NCBI GenBank assembly: GCA_963798725.1
Contig: CAWCUL010000003.1
Location: 46,910-110,909, forward strand
Length of the DNA: 64,000 bases
Direction: 5' to 3'
Origin: an uncultured Actinomycetes bacterium
Lineage (GTDB): Bacteria > Actinomycetota > Thermoleophilia > Gaiellales > Gaiellaceae
Numbering within the stretch: position 1 is the stretch's first letter; each line of letters opens with the position of its first letter. Position numbers and translations under genes: made by a program. This document shows positions 62,888 through 64,000 of the stretch, in pieces. Under the pieces are notes generated by a model, which did no database searches, was not told the DNA's origin, and was given only the letters and a program-made list of their open reading frames with translations.

Positions 62888-64000
62888 ATGGCGCGAGGGA
62901 CCCTCCGCATCTATCTCGGCGCCGCGGCCGGCGTCGGCAAGACGTTCGCGATGCTGAACGAGGGACGCCGTCGCGCCGAGTACGGCGAGGACGTGGTCGT
63001 CGGGCTCGTGGAGACGCATGGCCGCCGCAAGACCGCCGAGCAGATCGGCGACCTCGAAGTCGTGCCGCGCAAGCGGCTGCGCTACCGCGACACCGAGTTC
63101 AGCGAGCTGAACGTCGACGCTGTGCTCGCGCGGCGGCCGCAGACAGCGCTCGTCGACGAGCTCGCGCACACCAACGTGCCCGGGTCGCGCAACGAGAGGC
63201 GCTGGCAGGACGTCGAGGAGCTGCTCGCAGCGGGGATCAGCGTCATCTCGACTCTGAACATCCAGCACCTCGAGTCGCTGAACGACGTCGTCGAGCAGAT
63301 CACGTCCGTGAAGCAGCGCGAGACGATCCCCGACGAGGTCGTCCGCCGGGCCGACGAGCTGCAGCTGGTCGATCTCACCCCGGTCGCTCTTCGCAACCGG
63401 CTCGCCCGCGGTGACGTCTATCCATCCGAGCGGATCGACACCTCGCTCGCCAACTACTTCCGACCCGGCAATCTCTCCGCGCTACGCGAGCTCGCTCTCG
63501 CCTGGCTCGCCGACCGCGTCGACGAGGGCCTCGCCGAGTACCGGCGGCGGCACGGCATCGAGCAGCCGTGGGAGACACGCGAGCGGGTGCTCGTCGCTCT
63601 CACGGGCTCCAGCGACGGCGAGAGGCTCGTGCGCCGCGCTGCCCGCATCGCGCAGCGCTCCAAGGGCGAGCTCGTCGCGGTGCACGTCGTTCCGCAAGAT
63701 GGGCTCGCCGCTCCCTCGGCTGCGCTGCTCGCGGAGCAGCGGGAGCTCGTGGCCGAGCTCGGCGGCACCTATCACGAGGTCGCAGGTGCCGAGGTGGGCG
63801 AGGCGCTTCTCGACGCCGCGCGCTCGTTGAACGCGACCCAGATCGTGATGGGCGCGACCCGTCGCTCGCGCTGGCAGCGCCTCACGCGCGGCTCGGTGAT
63901 CGGCAGGGTCATCCGAGAGTCCGGCGTCGCGATCGACATCCACGTCATCAGCCATCCCGAGGCACGCTCGGAGGAGGCGTTCGCCGTCCCTCGTACTCGG
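62888..64000 (+). CDS. kdpD: Sensor histidine kinase KdpD (N-terminal KdpD and USP domains); truncated by the window edge
   Basis: RIYLGAAAGVGKTFAML, LVDELAHTN, RWQDVEELL, TLNIQHLESLND, FRPGNLSALRELAL. Confidence 0.95.
   Translation, partial: MARGTLRIYLGAAAGVGKTFAMLNEGRRRAEYGEDVVVGLVETHGRRKTAEQIGDLEVVPRKRLRYRDTEFSELNVDAVLARRPQTALVDELAHTNVPGSRNERRWQDVEELLAAGISVISTLNIQHLESLNDVVEQITSVKQRETIPDEVVRRADELQLVDLTPVALRNRLARGDVYPSERIDTSLANYFRPGNLSALRELALAWLADRVDEGLAEYRRRHGIEQPWETRERVLVALTGSSDGERLVRRAARIAQRSKGELVAVHVVPQDGLAAPSAALLAEQRELVAELGGTYHEVAGAEVGEALLDAARSLNATQIVMGATRRSRWQRLTRGSVIGRVIRESGVAIDIHVISHPEARSEEAFAVPRTR

Noticed and set aside
1-64000. Numerous long antisense or alternate-frame ORFs in the track (e.g. 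3720-5489, 12695-14239, 16978-19188, 20456-22069, 52164-54251, 58875-60377, 59975-61780)
   Set aside because: Arg/Pro/Ala-rich shadows of genes with clear motifs; expected in high-GC DNA where stops are rare
1-64000. tRNA, rRNA, transposase, integrase, prophage or known anti-phage defence genes
   Set aside because: No T-loop/cloverleaf, DDE/tyrosine/serine recombinase motifs or defence-family signatures recognised; the STAND protein has the SARP regulator architecture, not Avs

Overview
High-GC (roughly 70% by eye) bacterial DNA. Gene content and promoter style (MprAB-like two-component system, F420-dependent LLM enzyme, ECF42/YciI pair, leaderless promoters) point to Actinomycetota; Thermoleophilia/Gaiellales is only my guess. 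No rRNA, tRNA, CRISPR, transposase or integrase is evident. From left to right: (1) a TPP-enzyme/enolase/GMC-oxidoreductase operon, 1-6.6 kb; (2) an unusual aromatic ring-cleavage cluster (GalB + GalC with a VOC-fold dioxygenase, DUF6282-like protein, SDR and benzoylformate decarboxylase), 7.7-14.3 kb; (3) an MprAB-HtrA-MacB-type ABC envelope-stress module with visible MprA-type boxes, 15.8-21.7 kb; (4) a patchwork of small stand-alone genes and gene relics, 21.7-31.4 kb; (5) ECF42/YciI, MarR/hydrolase, a SHOCT cluster and an antiporter, 31.5-37.5 kb; (6) a general-stress island with repeated GTTT-N16-GGGTA promoters (F420 LLM, small basic Rho-N proteins, UdgX, STAS, TopIB, DUF72, YciF, PAS-GAF-PP2C), 37.8-47.9 kb; (7) TetR/cupin with a clear operator, an AfsR/SARP regulator, an amidohydrolase and a molybdoenzyme triad, 48-55.8 kb; (8) a secreted tri-zinc HET-C/phospholipase-C-fold protein with PLAT and CARDB domains; (9) a kdpFABCD operon with an extra 40-aa upstream peptide, running off the right edge. 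All family assignments come from motif recognition by eye, not database searches. Most long ORFs in the supplied track are GC-rich shadow frames.
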